The position numbers and the translations under genes were made by a program. A model generated the notes under the pieces. That model did not search any database. It saw only the letters and a list, made by a program, of their open reading frames with translations, and had not been told where the DNA came from. This document shows positions 1 through 13,090 of a DNA stretch of 64,000 nucleotides, one piece after another. The stretch is taken from positions 2,317,779 to 2,381,778 of the forward strand of contig MU058718.1 in NCBI GenBank assembly GCA_013265495.1. The letters run 5' to 3'. Origin of the DNA: Vicugna vicugna (Eukaryota). Positions within the stretch are counted from its first letter, which is position 1, and the number at the start of each line of letters is the position of its first letter.

Positions 1-653
1 ACTATATGATCCAGCAATCCCACTCCTGGGCATATATCCAGAGGGAACCCTAATTCAAAAAGACACATGCACCCCAATGTTCATAGCAGCACTATTTACA
101 ACAGCCAAGATGTGGAAACAACCTAAATGTCCATCCACAGATGGCTGGATAAAGAAGTTGTGGTATATTTATACAATGGAATACTACTCAGTCATAAAAA
201 TGAATAAAATGCCATTTGCAGCAAAATGGATAGCCCTGGAGAATGTCTTCACTTACTAAGTGAAGTAAGCCAGAAAGAGAAAGAAAAATACCATATGATG
301 TAACTCATATGTGGAATCTAAAAAAAAAAAAGACACAAATGAACTTATTTACAAAACAGAAATAGACTCACAGACAGAAAACAAACTTAATGGTTACCTG
401 GAAGGAAAGGGGGTGGGAAGGGATAAATTGAGAGTTTGAGATTTGCAGATACTAACCACTATATATAAAATAGATATACAAGTTTCTTCTGTATAGCACA
501 GGTAACTATATTCAATATCTTGTAGTTATCTATGATGAAAAAGAATATGAAAAGGAATATATGTATGTATATGGATGACTGAAACATTATGCTGTACCCC
601 AGAAACTGACACAACAGTGTAAACTGACTATACTTCAATTAAAAATAAATAAA
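1..653 (+). mobile_element. LINE-1 3' end (ORF2 C-terminal remnant + 3'UTR + A-rich tail), relatively young lineage-specific subfamily; truncated by window edge
   Basis: ORF 77-259 [38 protein letters not shown] is the canonical L1 ORF2 C-terminus; ends ...AAACTGACTATACTTCAATTAAAAATAAATAAAA; closely similar to 15815-16440. Confidence 0.95.
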
Positions 654-999
654 ATTTTTCTTTCACCCTCTGGTTAAATCCATATTTAGTGCTCCCACAG
701 AGGTGTGAGGGTGTGAGGTAGAGGTTGTGGATGAATCATTTGATCATTAATGTGGCCCATCGTTGCTTGGTATTGGGGTTTGCTCTTCCAACCTGAACTT
801 TAAAAATTAACATAACTCCAGTGTCCTTTGGCTGAAAAGAATATCCCGCTGGCATCCCAGAGGACAGTGCTTGAGAGCACCATTCTGTTCTGAGTAGCAC
901 GCTGCCAGATGTCCTGCTCAGGGCTACCTCCCCTACGCGTCTAGGTATCATTTTTGCTTGCTAGTGTCTGGTGAATACGACTGTCGATGTGAATGCTAC

Positions 1000-1480
1000 A
1001 TCAGTTAAGAATGGTCCAGCTGCATGTAACAGATGATCTGACAGTAGCTTAAATATGCAAGGTTTTGTTTGACTTAGGGACAAGAAGTCTGCAGCGATAG
1101 CAGCTCCATGGTAACACAAGGTTCTGTGTTTTGCTTCACCATCCACAATGTAATGGCTTGTTTCCTCTTCACTGTAAGATGCTTGCTGAGGCTCAGGCAT
1201 CTAGCAATGTATTCAAGGCTAGGAAAAAGCAGGGAGGGTGGTACCAGATACATCTTTCTCCATTTTATATGGAAAACAAAGGCTTAATAAGAAGTTGCCT
1301 GGAAGACTTCTGCTTGTATATCATGCTTGGGCCACAGCAGGGTCACAGAGCCACCCCTACGTGCAAAAGAGCTGAGAAGCAAATTGTGTATTTTGTTTCC
1401 CAATCTCTATAGTGGGAAACAGCACTGAAAGAGAGTGTAACCAGTTCATAGTCTCTGGCACAGGAGGGAAAGTGGGAGAT
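1000..1480 (-). mobile_element. MaLR LTR relic (MLT1K/L-like)
   Basis: TCAGTTAAGAATGGTCCAGCTGCATGTAACAGA...GGTCACAGAGCCACCCCTACGTGCAAAAGAGCTGAGAAG resembles the reverse of old MLT1 LTR consensus. Confidence 0.65.
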
Positions 1481-2090
1481 GAGGGGTGGGTTACGACCAC
1501 TCGGCTTCGTTCTTCTTATTGGTGCTGGTATGACGTGCCCAGCCACAGCAGGGACAGTGACCCACAAGCTCTCCAACGGGGAGCCCCGTGCCAAGAGAAG
1601 GCCCAGGTTCCCCAACTGTCAGAGCTCTCAGTGACCAGCTCCCTGGGTTCATACACAGCTCCCTGCCCAGGGCATCAGTGTCCCCCAAGGCAGAGCTGAG
1701 GCAGTCCTGGCATCTGCCACCTCTTGAGACCCAGGACCCCTGTTCTTCTCTGTCAGCTCAGCCCTGGGTTTGGCCAACAATGATTGTAATTTTCTACCCT
1801 CAAGGTTTATTTGGAGGACTCTCCCTTTCCTGTCCTTCTCTGCCCCCAAGCACTGTTCAGGGACACTCTGTCCCCCTGGGAAGGCCTCTCAAAGTCCAGG
1901 GATCCTCACGCAAACAAGTTTACCATTTCTTGAATTTTGCGCACCAAAGGGGATTGGACTTCCTATGTCCTTTACAGTAGCCAGAGGATCTTGGCTTATA
2001 CTTGCTTAACATGTAAGAAGGCTTTGACTGAGTCGCTGAAGAACAAGGAAAATCATCCAAGGTGACCCCCTGGACTGCGTTCTTACTTAC

Positions 2091-2134
2091 CAGAGAAGTG
2101 GCGTTCACCTTCTCCCACCTCAGTAAAAAGCTGG
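2091..2134 (-). pseudogene. Candidate exon (44 bp, phase 2->1) of unidentified minus-strand gene/pseudogene: (S)QLFTEVGEGERHFS
   Basis: Acceptor tttctaatttttttgtgtag|CCAG, consensus donor CTG|gtaagt; open in the frame predicted by the upstream 3575-3644 exon. Confidence 0.5.
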
Positions 2135-2231
2135 CTACACAAAAAAATTAGAAAGTTTGCAGTAATTGCAATACTTGCAAGTGGCAGAATTGCTTTTCTG
2201 AGGTTTCATGCAACCCCTCCTTAGATCACAT

Positions 2232-2560
2232 CATTCATTCATTCAACCACCAAACATCTAATTGTCAGACCATGAGCCAAATAATATGGATATAAAGCCA
2301 AATCCGGCACCGTCCTTTACCTGAAGGACCTTAGCGTCCAGTGTGTGGGAGAGATGTGGAAATCATTTTTGCCTGTTGTTTACAAGTGCTAGGGCAAAGG
2401 GGTGCCTCGGGTGACAGGGAACCCCTGAGGAGAGGCAGCTAAGTCAGGCTAAGGGCCAGAAAATGTTCCAGGGGAGAGGATGCTTGAGCTGAATTTTGAA
2501 GTAGAAGTAGAAGTTGCAAAGGGCATTTCCAGGGAGAGGAAAGAGCATGGGTGATGACAG
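2232..2560 (-). mobile_element. LINE-2 3' fragment
   Basis: Starts CATTCATTCATTCAACCACCAAACATC (reverse of L2 3' tail) followed by degenerate L2 3' region. Confidence 0.6.
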
Positions 2561-3574
2561 GGTACCCAAGGTATCGTTTCTGCAGGCATGTCATTTCTGC
2601 ATAAACCAGCTCATTATACAACCGGTGCGTGAGACAGGTGGCGTTCCCTATGGAGAGGAGGGTATTTGGTGAAACGAAGTCTAAGGGCCCAGAGAGGAAC
2701 AGGAGTCAAATACTGCAAATTGTTGTTGAACTAATGCACTTGAACTCTAGGTCACAGGTTATAAATTTAGGTTACAAGCTTAGTAAGTGATTGTTTTCCC
2801 TCCCAGAGTGAAAAAGTAAATTGATGTTTCTATTCTGATGAAAGGGAAAAGTTGAACACCTATGATGGATTGAGTGCAAAGCCCATAATCTTCCCAAAAT
2901 GATAATTACAATTATTTTACCTTTCTGCCAGCCTGTTTGCTTGCATTAGCGCAAGGAGATTAAACCCTCGGGGGACTTAAAAGTTGTAGGTGAATGTTTT
3001 ATCTTGGAAATTATAATAAATTAGAAACTTTCTAGGACTGAAGTCATTTCCTGCAGTATTTTTTCCAGGCTATTAATTTATTCCCCTGTAATATAAGATG
3101 CACAAAATGGGGGCTGAATTAATAAACCTTCCCGGACATCTCATTTATTACACTTCCAGGAAACAATTTAGGTATGGGAAGAACAGAGACCAATATCTGC
3201 ACATCAATTTTCTTTCTTTATTTTGGCTTCAAAGTGTTCCCATGTTTCTCTAGTTTCCTAGAAGACTGGGACTTTGGGAAGCAGATTCCCCTAATGAAGT
3301 CAATTTAATTCAAGTCAGAAAGGGCAAAATTTATTTCTAAATTTTAAAAAATATTTTAAAATGCAGCAAAAAGCATTTTGTTTGGTTTTAAAACGCCTTT
3401 TTGCACTTTAAAAGGGGTGTCCCGGCCTAGCCTGAGATTTTATACTGCCAGAATGTCAGAAGATAGTCAGTGTTGATGTTTGTTTCTAAACCTGTGTGTG
3501 CGACGACTGCTGCAGAAACGACTGACAATGAACTTCCTCTACCCTAAACCTCACCAAATACTGACACATATTAC

Positions 3575-3644
3575 CTTGTATTGTATTCAGTTTCCCAGTG
3601 TATAACACTGTTTCCTATTGCCTTGTTTAACCTTCATGGTATCA
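3575..3644 (-). pseudogene. Candidate exon (70 bp, phase 1->2) with one in-frame TGA: (V)IP*RLNKAIGNSVIHWETEYNT
   Basis: Acceptor gagtctgttttatag|TGAT, donor AAG|gtaata; TGA at 3636-3634; phases fit flanking candidates. Confidence 0.45.
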
Positions 3645-5294
3645 CTATAAAACAGACTCAGGATTTTGTAAGCTAGGAAGGTAATTCAGAAGTTCTGACA
3701 AATAGATCTCAAACTTAAGCCTTCATTTGCATCCCTGCAAGGGCTTTTCCTAAAAGAGATTCCTGTGTTTTACTTCTCCACTCAACCTCCAAGACTCTGC
3801 TTTAACAGCTAACAAGCTGCCAAGGTGACGCTGATAGTGAGCCCAGCTGGGAAACACTGTTTAAGGGGATTCATCTAGAGCTCTTAAGGAACAGAACCAG
3901 AACTCAAACTAGAGATGCTGGCTGTAAGTCAGCAGTGTTTTTCCCATAGATCACAAGTCAGAAAAGTAGATGAGCGGCAGGGATTATGTGGATGGATGCA
4001 GATGGATGTGGGTTGATGGCAAACAGATAAATCTTAGAGCAATTTCTCTTCAAAAAAGAATTTCTAAAGTGAAGATGGAATGACAGTCAATGATCAGAAA
4101 TTTTCAGATGGGTAACATTTCATAGGATGATGGGTAAGGAAGACAGGTCATGTTGCTAGTATGGATGTGATATTTGTCTCTTTGCATGAAAAATAGGAAA
4201 TGTGGGAAAATGAGGCAGAGGAAATAGTAGGATTGGCCCTTGTATCTTTTCAGAAGCCACAGTGGAAAAAAATCCATGATAAGTTGGAAAGTTGAAAACA
4301 AATAATTGAAAAAATAGTTGCCACCAAACTGAAGTAAATTCCCAAGTACATGGGGGAAAAGATACCACATATTTTAGAAGATGAGCTATACTCAGCCCCT
4401 AGGAAGGAAGATCTGAGTGGTAGGTGATTCTACTTCTGTATTACAAATGATGAAGTTAAGGTTAAAAGAAGTAAAAGACGTTCCCTAAGATGCTTGGTGA
4501 ACATGTGGAAGAAGAAATTTGCACCTGTGAGTTAAGGTTTTCTATCAAACTCTAACTATAATAAATGGAAGCATAAAGAAGGACCCATAAGAGGAGGAAA
4601 ATAAAGTCTCGGCAACTGAAAGAAGGCCTAGGTCATGCAACCTACAATCCATTCTGTGATGTTCATAGGCTGTAGCAATGCTTTCCCATGTTTTTGTCAT
4701 CAAAGAAATCCCCAGAGCTATGACAGAATTTTTTCTTGGACATTCGACACTGGGGCTTTCCAAATTCTGATTATTCAGAAGTCAATACAAAATTTCAGCC
4801 TTAGGCAAGATTAAAAAAAAATATTAGCAGAGAATAAATTTTAGGTAATTTCTTTGTGCTGCCACATCTCCTGTTGGTTGAGCATTTGGGTTTTAGATAA
4901 TGCCACCTTAAGTAATAAACTACAAACACTTTCTCCTTTTAAGTGTTTGTAGTTCTCAGAAGCTGTGTTACATGGTATAGTGTATTTTGTAAAATACGTT
5001 TTTTTAAGGCTATAAAAAACTTCTAGAAGTTTGATATTTTTAATCATTGATAATCTATGCAATGGGTTGCTGTTTTCCCCTCCAATAAAGCTCCCCTTTG
5101 TAGACGCTGTCACAAATTCATCCCAGTTGTTAGTTCACCATTTGTCCAGGTTTCCTTGGAAGCTGTGTCTCCTTTCTATTTCTTTTCCAAAAGACTTTCC
5201 AAGTGCTAAGACTCACGGCAGGTCTTTCATGCCACGTCTGTCTTACATAAATCTGAATCTGGCTTCAGGAAAACATTGAAGACACAGCTAGTAC

Positions 5295-5417
5295 CTAAAA
5301 CGTCTTCAGTCTGAGTGTTCTGATTCATCCTGAATCACTCCCCACAGTCCATGGAAGGAATTTCTGATTGAGCTCTGCTCTCTGATTCAAAAACCTCCTG
5401 ATCATAATTTGTTTTTC
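5295..5417 (-). pseudogene. Candidate exon (123 bp, phase 1->1) with one in-frame TGA: KTNYDQEVFESESRAQSEIPSMDCGE*FRMNQNTQTEDVL
   Basis: Acceptor gactttctcttag|GAAA, donor TAG|gtacta; TGA at 5337-5335. Confidence 0.45.
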
Positions 5418-6408
5418 CTAAGAGAAAGTCATATTGTATTTTATGAGTACAAACACAAGAATCCACAATGGTCCTTTCTCATAGGAATAAGTGAGATGAT
5501 TCGCCTTTCTAAAAGTAAATGCAAAACCATAGGCTAAAGGATTGTTTTTTCCCAAGCCTCCAAAATCACCTCAAATGCAATTGTTATAAACAGACAAGAC
5601 AGAGTGTCTAACACTGAGAACATAAAATTTTCAAACATATATTTGTTCATAATGGAACCCATAAACAAAACAATCCTTGTCATATAGGAATTTGTTTTCC
5701 TAGTTCTATTCCTCCTTCTCATAATTATTGACAGACAGGCATCATAAAAAGAATTTAAGTTCGGTATTGGTGGGAAAGAATTTCAGAGTTATTTCTAGTA
5801 ATTCCCCTGCTCCCTTAATGGACTGGTATCAGAATTGAAAAAAAAAAAAAAACGTAGCTGGCTTTATTTTGTTAACACTTGCTGTAGCCTTAGGTTCAGA
5901 AAATAGAGGTTTTCCATCCCCACTAATGTAACAGGAAATCTTGGAGTTCAGGCTCTGTCCACAGCTGTCGCTCCCCCAAGAATGGGCTTTAACTTTTCAC
6001 CTACTAGAGAAAATAATGATTTTTATGGCTCTCAAGAGTCTTTTTAAAATGGGATTTGTTTCACTTTGGTGATACATTTCAACCCACATTTTACATTTTC
6101 TGAATGAATAATCCAGTGGGTAGATGTCCTTTCATACATACATCGGACAGGCAGTTGAATAGATGAAAGTTCCAGTTAAAGAAACCATTTTGTAACTTTA
6201 AAAAAAGGCTGAGAATTCCTCTCTGAGGGAAAACTCACCCACAAACTCTTGTTCTCTACTTTTGGATTCTCAAATCTTGTTCTTTTAAAGAAAGGCAGAG
6301 TCTTAATAGACAATATTAAAAATATGTATTAACAAAAATTCTGCATGTTCATGTAATTTCAGCACTTGGCTATGTATTCCAAGATATGTGTGCGTGTACG
6401 TGTCCCTC

Positions 6409-6444
6409 TGTGTGTGTGTGTGTGTGTGTATGTATGTGTGTGTG
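6409..6444. repeat. (TG)n microsatellite, imperfect
   Basis: Direct reading of TG/TA dinucleotide run. Confidence 0.9.
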
Positions 6445-7087
6445 CATGCACTTTTGGTAAAAATTGATTTAAAAAACTATTTTAAGAGAAAAAATACCCT
6501 TGATTAGATCACCCAGTTTTACTTTTTTGGTATGAATTGAGCACACTGAGTGGTTTGTTCTGTTTCTGTTTTAAGTTGCTATGCTTCCCATTATGCTCTC
6601 TAATGGTTACCAAAACAGTATTTGTCAATACTTGTCACATCAGATATCTTGTTTCATTTTTGGTTTAATGGTCTAAAATTCTTTGATGCTGAATACAAAG
6701 AGAAATCCCAGAACATTTAAGACTGTTGAAAGAAAGGTACTGAAATAGGACCCAGGACCACATCCTGCCTTCGCACGTACATAGCCTGCCACAGACTGAC
6801 TGCTGAGCTGCTGCTGGTGGTGGCTGTGGTGGAGGGCATGCACTTGTTCATGTGGACCTCTGTTCTGTGATACTGCGTATCTAAAAGCAGGGGTCTTTAC
6901 TGGGGTCCATGACACTTGCTGGCAAAATGGAATGTACATGTGCATAAAGGCATTTTTTTCTGAGGGTTAGAGTCATAGCTTTCTTTAGACTGTCAGAGTT
7001 TCATAACCTGAAAAAGGAAAAAGTAATAGACTGAAAACCTACAAGATGGAATGAGCTATATATTTCAGATTTTCTAAACATCACTTA

Positions 7088-7583
7088 TGTATTAGGGTTC
7101 TTCAGAGAAGCAGAACCAATAGGATTGATCTATCGACTGATCGACTGATCTACCTACTTACCTACCCATCTGAGAGAATGGGAATTTTATTACAGGAATT
7201 GGCTTATGCAGTTGTAGAGTCCAAAAAGACCAGTCCAAAGTCCAAAGGTCTGAGAGTGGGAGGGGGACTGATGGTATAAGTCCCAATCTGAGTCCAAAAG
7301 CCTGAGAACCAGGAGCACCAATGTCTGAGGGCAGGAGAAGATGGACATCTCAGCTGAAGCAGCGAGCGTGCCCTTTCTCCACCTTTTTGTCCTATCTGGG
7401 CCCTCAACAGATTGAATGATGCCCCCCAACTCTAGGCAGGGCCATCTGCTTTACTCAGCCCACCAATTCAACTGCTCATCTTTTCTGGAAACACCCTTAC
7501 AGATACACCACCCAGAAATGTTTTACCAGCTATCTAGGCATCCCTTAACCCAGGCAAGCTGATACATGAAATTGACCATCACA
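7088..7583 (-). mobile_element. MLT2-type (ERVL) solo LTR with perfect 5-bp TSD
   Basis: TGTATTAGGGTTCTTCAGAGAAGCAGAACC...ATTGACCATCACA termini; TSD ACTTA at 7083-7087 and 7584-7588. Confidence 0.9.
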
Positions 7584-8111
7584 ACTTAATAGTCTGAAAC
7601 ATAAATTTACATGACTTTCTCTTCTGCCTTTTAAGACTAAGATGCCAGTCAATAAACTAAAGAGATTTTATTGACTTGAATGGTACAGGCATATGACTAA
7701 AGCAGAGAAAGTATAAAATATAGTTTTATTTTGTAAGAGTGATGTGTTCCTGAAGACTTGGCAAAATTCAGACTTGCATATTTCACGTCTAATTGCTCCT
7801 ATAGGACTGACAAAGATGTTTCCTAGTGAAAGTGGCCAAGACATATGCCAGCAACATAAACACAGCTGGTGATTCATTCATCCCTTCTCAACGTAAAATT
7901 GTAATTCTTCGAGATTAAAAAATAGATTTGTATATTTTAATTTTGTGCTTAAAGTGAAAGTGTATTGATATTTTAAGTTAACACAATTCTAATTTGCATA
8001 CATTTGCATTAGGTATGTTACATTGTGTGCGGTAAATTAAAAATTCATACTTTCAAATTATTAGTGCCACTAACACCACTGTTGGCACAATTACTGTAAT
8101 TAATGGCTCAC

Positions 8112-8180
8112 CTAATCTATAAAGGGAAGTAAGTTTCTTTCCCTTTTCAGTGGTTGTCTATGTTGGGTTGCTTTTATATC
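8112..8180 (-). pseudogene. Candidate exon (69 bp, phase 0->0): DIKATQHRQPLKRERNLLPFID* (last codon TAG, possibly from CAG)
   Basis: Acceptor gactgctacag|GATA (weak pyrimidine tract), donor TAG|gtgagc. Confidence 0.3.
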
Positions 8181-10048
8181 CTGTAGCAGTCTGACAATTA
8201 AGGAAACCCAACCGGAAGGAGAGACTGAACCAACAAAATACTGGTTAAGAGCTGGTCTGAAAATTTATAGATCTAATTTTGGCTCCCATAAAGTGCACGT
8301 ATATGTCTATGTGTGTGTTTGATTTTCATTTTGACTCAGTGTTCTGTGGGTGATTTTAATTAACACTTGAAGATAGTTTGAGGTATAGCAAATTCAGCCA
8401 TTCATTCTGATTCTTGACTTCACAGTTTCCAATCCCTAACTGGCAAGGAGAGTATAAATTACCCTTGGCTTATCTACTACACGTCAGTCACAATACGTTT
8501 AAGTACAATCTTTCAGGCATTATCATAAAAATGTTTTTTTAAACATTTGAGAAATTTGAATTTTAAGGATACTATAATTTATCCTGAACCAAAACTTTGG
8601 CTTTTAGGTTGTTTTGACCTCAACTTGTAAAGCTTCTTTATGTAACAAGTAGTTAACCCAAAGTGGCATGTTTGGTTTCAAATTACAAGTGACACTGACT
8701 CTCTTGATGTCTCAAGTAAGAGGGGGTTCTTACTGTAAATACACATGGAAAAAGAATAAGGAGAAGAGGTGTCTAGGGCTTCACAGGAACCAAATAATAG
8801 TGATGGAACCAGAAGTCATGTAAAGACAGACACAGACACATATCTGTGCTATATGGCAACACAATGCAATTTGAGAATCCAAAGATTTCTATTCCTCAAG
8901 ATCCAATTCTAGCTTTAGGGAGCCACCATGCCACCGCCCTCCACCTCCCTTTCCCAAAGCAGGAGTTCAAGGAGCCCTATTACAGTGCTCTGCCATTATT
9001 ACCCCTCAGCTAATGGTATGGTATCTTCCAGAAAGCCACCCAGAGTCACCTGAACACCCCTCCTCTGTGTTCCCATAGTGTCCCACAGAGCTTGCTATTG
9101 CAATATTTATCGTGTTGTATTACATTTTGCTTTTCCTTGTCAGACACCACTACCAGAATGAAATCACGTTCTGTGCCTTGGTCATCTCTGTATTCCTGCC
9201 CCCTGGCTTGTCTGTGATTTTCAGTCTTTGCTCCCCTTACCAGCTGCTTTTAATTGAATTTCTTTCTAGGATGCAATACTTTCTCAAAGGGAGAATTAGG
9301 TTTGTTCCTTTAGTCACCATCTTCTCTGTGGGGTAGAGACTTTGTGCCATATTACCTCCTAGGCTGCAGGTACAAAAATGTCTGCACTGATCCAATAGCT
9401 GTGGCCAAACTGATGAGGGTGGACCAGCATAAAAATTTGTGTGGTACAGCATGGCAGTGGGTTTGGTGAGGCTTGAGCTGTTCAGTGCAAGAGGTCACAG
9501 CTTACACTCCAAAAATTTGTTGAGTGATTAAAGGCACGGCCTATGTTGGTTATCGTTCAACTAGTCCTTTCTGAACTATTTTATGTTAGATTGAAGAACT
9601 AATATTTCTTTGGGGAAGAAGCATAATCTCAGCTCTCAACAGGCAAACATTTCATTTCCTTCATTAAAATCCCTGGTAACAAGAACCAGTTGCTGAGAAA
9701 TAGGTCACAGTTATGCATGAAGCTCCAATCTGCTGGTATAACAACCTCAAATGTCAGTAACTGTTTAATGAAAAGTTTTCATTTTTTGGCAGAGTTTTGG
9801 TGACTAATTTCTACTCTATAATTTGTTTTTGAGGTAAACCAAATTCACCAAAATCAGGCTGCATTTCTCTGCCTTTTCAGATACGGGCCTCGCCAGACTT
9901 CGAGTTAACACTATTCATTTCAAAGAACAATTTTTTGACCACATTCACACTTCAAGATGTTTGTTTTTCATCTCTGGTCACCCAGCTCTTTGGAATCTTT
10001 CTTATTACTATAGAAGCTAAGAAAATCAGCACCAACTGTTTCAGCTAC

Positions 10049-10506
10049 TGTGATGGTTAATATATTTGTCAAATTGGCTAGGTTATGGCACCCCGTTGTT
10101 TGGCCAAACACCAGTCTGGATATTACGGGGGGGGTATTTTTTAAGATGTGATTAACAGTTAAATCAGCAGACACTGAGTACAGAAGACTGTCCTCCATCA
10201 TGTGAAGGCCTTACAAGCAGAGACTTGAAGTCCCTGAAGGAAGAAGAAAGACGTCCTCCCTCCAGGTTGCCTTTGGACTCCAGATTACAAAAGCTGGAAT
10301 TTCCAGCCTGCTGATCTGCTCTGCAGGTCTCACATTTGCCAGCCCCTGCAATCATGAGCCAGTTCCTAAAGATAAATCTCTCTCCCTCTCTTTCTCTCTC
10401 TGTGTATGTTGTATATTATACACACACACAGAGGCTAGGTGAATTAGGATACACACACATACACATCCTATGGGCTCTATTTCTCTGAAGAATTCTGGCT
10501 AATACA
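10049..10506 (+). mobile_element. MLT2-type (ERVL) solo LTR
   Basis: TGTGATGGTTAATATATTTGTCAAATTGGCTAGG...CTCTATTTCTCTGAAGAATTCTGGCTAATACA termini; partial TSD GCTAC/GCTCT; internal CT/CA simple repeat. Confidence 0.9.
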
Positions 10507-10924
10507 GCTCTTACCAGCCTTGTTAATGAAGTGCGATTATTCACGCCAACGGGAATAAATCAGATCAATGGCTCTAAATCGCGGGGGGTGGAGGGGGGTG
10601 GAGAACATGGAGTAGTCTCAGAGACTGCTGGAGGAGAGAAGTAAAGCACTAAGGGGAGGTGTTCTCTGTTCTGCCCTTTCTGAGCTTAGACCAGAGTGAT
10701 TTGACTTTTATTTTATATATTGGAAGATGCTGTGCATGGTGCTTAAAAAAATATTCCGCTGCTAAAAATAAAGCTTGACAATTTAGGGTTACAGTTAGGA
10801 TGGACCAGTTTCTCAAAGTTTACATATATATGATATCTTCATGAGATTTTTTTTTTTACTAAATTCTTGAGTGTAATTTCTGACTGACAAAGGGATAATG
10901 CCCCCAAATGTACCAAATATATAC

Positions 10925-11024
10925 TTTTTTGTAGCCTGTAAAGACATTGTCTCTATGATAAGGATTTTCAGGACATCTCTTCCCAGTAGCTTGATTTTAT
11001 CCAGCTGTATAATTTTATAAATAT
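10925..11024 (-). pseudogene. Candidate exon (100 bp, phase 1->2), open: IYKIIQLDKIKLLGRDVLKILIIETMSLQATK
   Basis: Acceptor ccattatatcttcttag|ATAT; weak donor AAA|gtatat; lies within ORF 10813-11121(-). Confidence 0.35.
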
Positions 11025-12001
11025 CTAAGAAGATATAATGGATATAATTGACTTGGCTTCTCAAATCCATGTCCATCTTCTTGAGTGGCCTTTCATTAAA
11101 GCAATCATCTTTAAAAATCATGAAAGGCAGGGGAACATATGTTTGAGATTGTATTTCTGATTTGTTTTTTACAGGATTAGTGAAAAGACTAAATCAAGAT
11201 GTGGACACAGGAGCAGGGAGTGGATAGATTCTCTCTTGGCCCCTGCATTCAGGAACTTGGAAAGGAAGGAAAACCTGGACCATAGTTCACCAAGTTCTGA
11301 AGCATCGGTGGCAGGCGTAGGGTGGAGTAAAGTCCTGTGGCATTGTGGGGTGAAGTACTGACAGCATTCGGTGGCAGAACTCGGTGGTGGGCCTAAAAGG
11401 AATTTGATCTTTGAGCTAGAACTACCTAGAAAAGGGGTCAGAATCCTCCCTGTTTAGTAGCATGGTTTGGGTAGGATTAACAGGAAAAGATGCACGTTGT
11501 AATGGAAGTGGGCTTCCAGAAGTAGCAGATGAGCTGGGTCTCTGCTATCCAATATTTCCTGGCCTGGGGAACCATGAAGTCTTAAGACTTCTCTGAGCTA
11601 GAAGGTCATCACGATATTTTGCTATAGGTAGGGATGGGGGCGGGGAGCTTGTGGGCAAGTAGGAACCTAAGCAGAGACTTAAAATACAGCCCTCCTCTAA
11701 TGCTCCCATACTCTCCGAACACCTTCCTACACTGCACTTATCCCTCATACTAGAACTGACTATTTATGTTTCTTCTGTGACACTGTCAATTCCTTGAAAC
11801 TCGAACTGCATCTTGTTCTTTGAATGCACAGCACCCTCACAATGGAGGTGCTAGATAAATTGGGGGAGGAGAGTAGAAGGGAGGACGAGAAGGGATGGGG
11901 GAGTGAAGCTTGTGCCCTTGATAACCATCTATCTGATACACGGCGCCTGTGGATCCGGCTTAGAGTATAGCTTCAGGTGGCCATCTGGCAGTAAAAGCAT
12001 T

Positions 12002-12104
12002 TTTTTTTCAATTTTTAAATTTTTTTGATGGAGGTGCTGGGGATTGAATCCAGGTTCTCACGCATGCTAAGCACACGTTCTGCCACTGAGCTATACCCTC
12101 CCCC
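12002..12104 (-). mobile_element. tRNA-derived SINE (camelid vic-1-like)
   Basis: Reverse reads GGGGAGGGTATAGCTCAGTGGCAGAACG...CCTGGATTCAATCCCCAGCACCTCC (Pol III A/B boxes) + A tail; TSD CAGTAAAAG(C/G)ATT at 11989-12001 and 12105-12117. Confidence 0.92.
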
Positions 12105-12909
12105 CAGTAAAAGGATTCTTTTAATTCCATCTGTTCTCAAGCCTGTAATCAATCTACAGAATTTTAGTGCAAATCAAATAAACACCACACTGGAGTTACA
12201 TAGCAGGCTATTTTCTATCCTGTTTGGCTGTGCCCACTTTCCAGAGTGTGAAGACCTATAATGAGGGAATATATGTGGTTAGTGTGGCAATGTCTGGCAG
12301 GTGTCACCTTTAAGTTCCCCTCAGTTGAGTGAGGCACACCCTTATTAAAACTCAGGGAAATTTTACTAATTTGCAGTTAGAACACATGGTTGGTATTGCC
12401 ATGCTTTACACAGCACACGAGGGCCATTCACTGCATAGTGAAGCTTACAAAGGAGGTACTTTGATTCATGGACTGCTTTAAATAGTCAGTGTTTAGGCTT
12501 TTTCAGTTTTCCCATTCCTCCTGTCTATCCTCATGATTTATTATTCTTTTCCATTCATTGCCCCATTTAGGATGAAATGTTTTAGCCCATTTTAGCCAGG
12601 GAAGAGCATGAAGAGTATTCCATGGCACCCTTTCATTTGACCAATGCTGAGCATAAGTGACCTGACCAGTCAGAGCCGTCCGATTGCAGGAACCTGCTCT
12701 CCCCACTGCACCCGGCTGCCCTGATTCAGCTGTTTAAGAAGCCCCAATCCTTGTTTTCAAATTCTACTATTCCTAAAGCAGAATAATTGCAAAACAAACT
12801 CAATTAACCATCCCTTAGAGTAGTATACAGAAAATCTGCAGGTAAAATCCAAGAGATACATTGCAGAGGAGGACACAGTTTATTACCACCGATCATACAA
12901 TCGCAGGTA

Positions 12910-13090
12910 ACAGTTACCGACGTTTTGTGGTCACGTGCTAAGTGCTTTACATGTACTGTCTCATTTGACCCTCACAGCCACCCTATGAGCGTCTCTATTA
13001 TTATTCCCAGTTCACAGATTTCCCCAGATCTACACTGGTAAAAACAGAATTCAACTACAGGCGATCTCCAGAGCTCATGCTCTTCCCCAC
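12910..13090 (-). mobile_element. MIR SINE
   Basis: GTGCTAAGTGCTTTACATGTACTGTCTCATTTGACCCTCACAGCCACCCTATGAG...TTATTATTCCCAGTTCACAGAT is the reverse MIR core. Confidence 0.8.

Noticed and set aside
736..1200. Two same-frame minus-strand ORFs (961-1200, 736-951) separated by one TAG, resembling a pseudo-exon
   Set aside because: 1000-1200 matches an old MLT1 LTR, so most of the upstream ORF is repeat-derived; the remainder has no clear acceptor.
6741..6918. Open-frame minus-strand segment with HHSHHQQQ
   Set aside because: Weak donor and low-complexity content; insufficient support to list as an exon.
9881..9960. Plus-strand acceptor (ttctctgccttttcag|ATAC) followed by two open frames
   Set aside because: No convincing donor and no companion plus-strand exons noticed.
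12460..12646. Possible minus-strand exon (HWSNERVPWNTLHALPW...EEWEN*KSL...) between two candidate exons
   Set aside because: Both splice sites are weak and its phase-0 start is incompatible with the phase-2 end of 13348-13685; may be chance.
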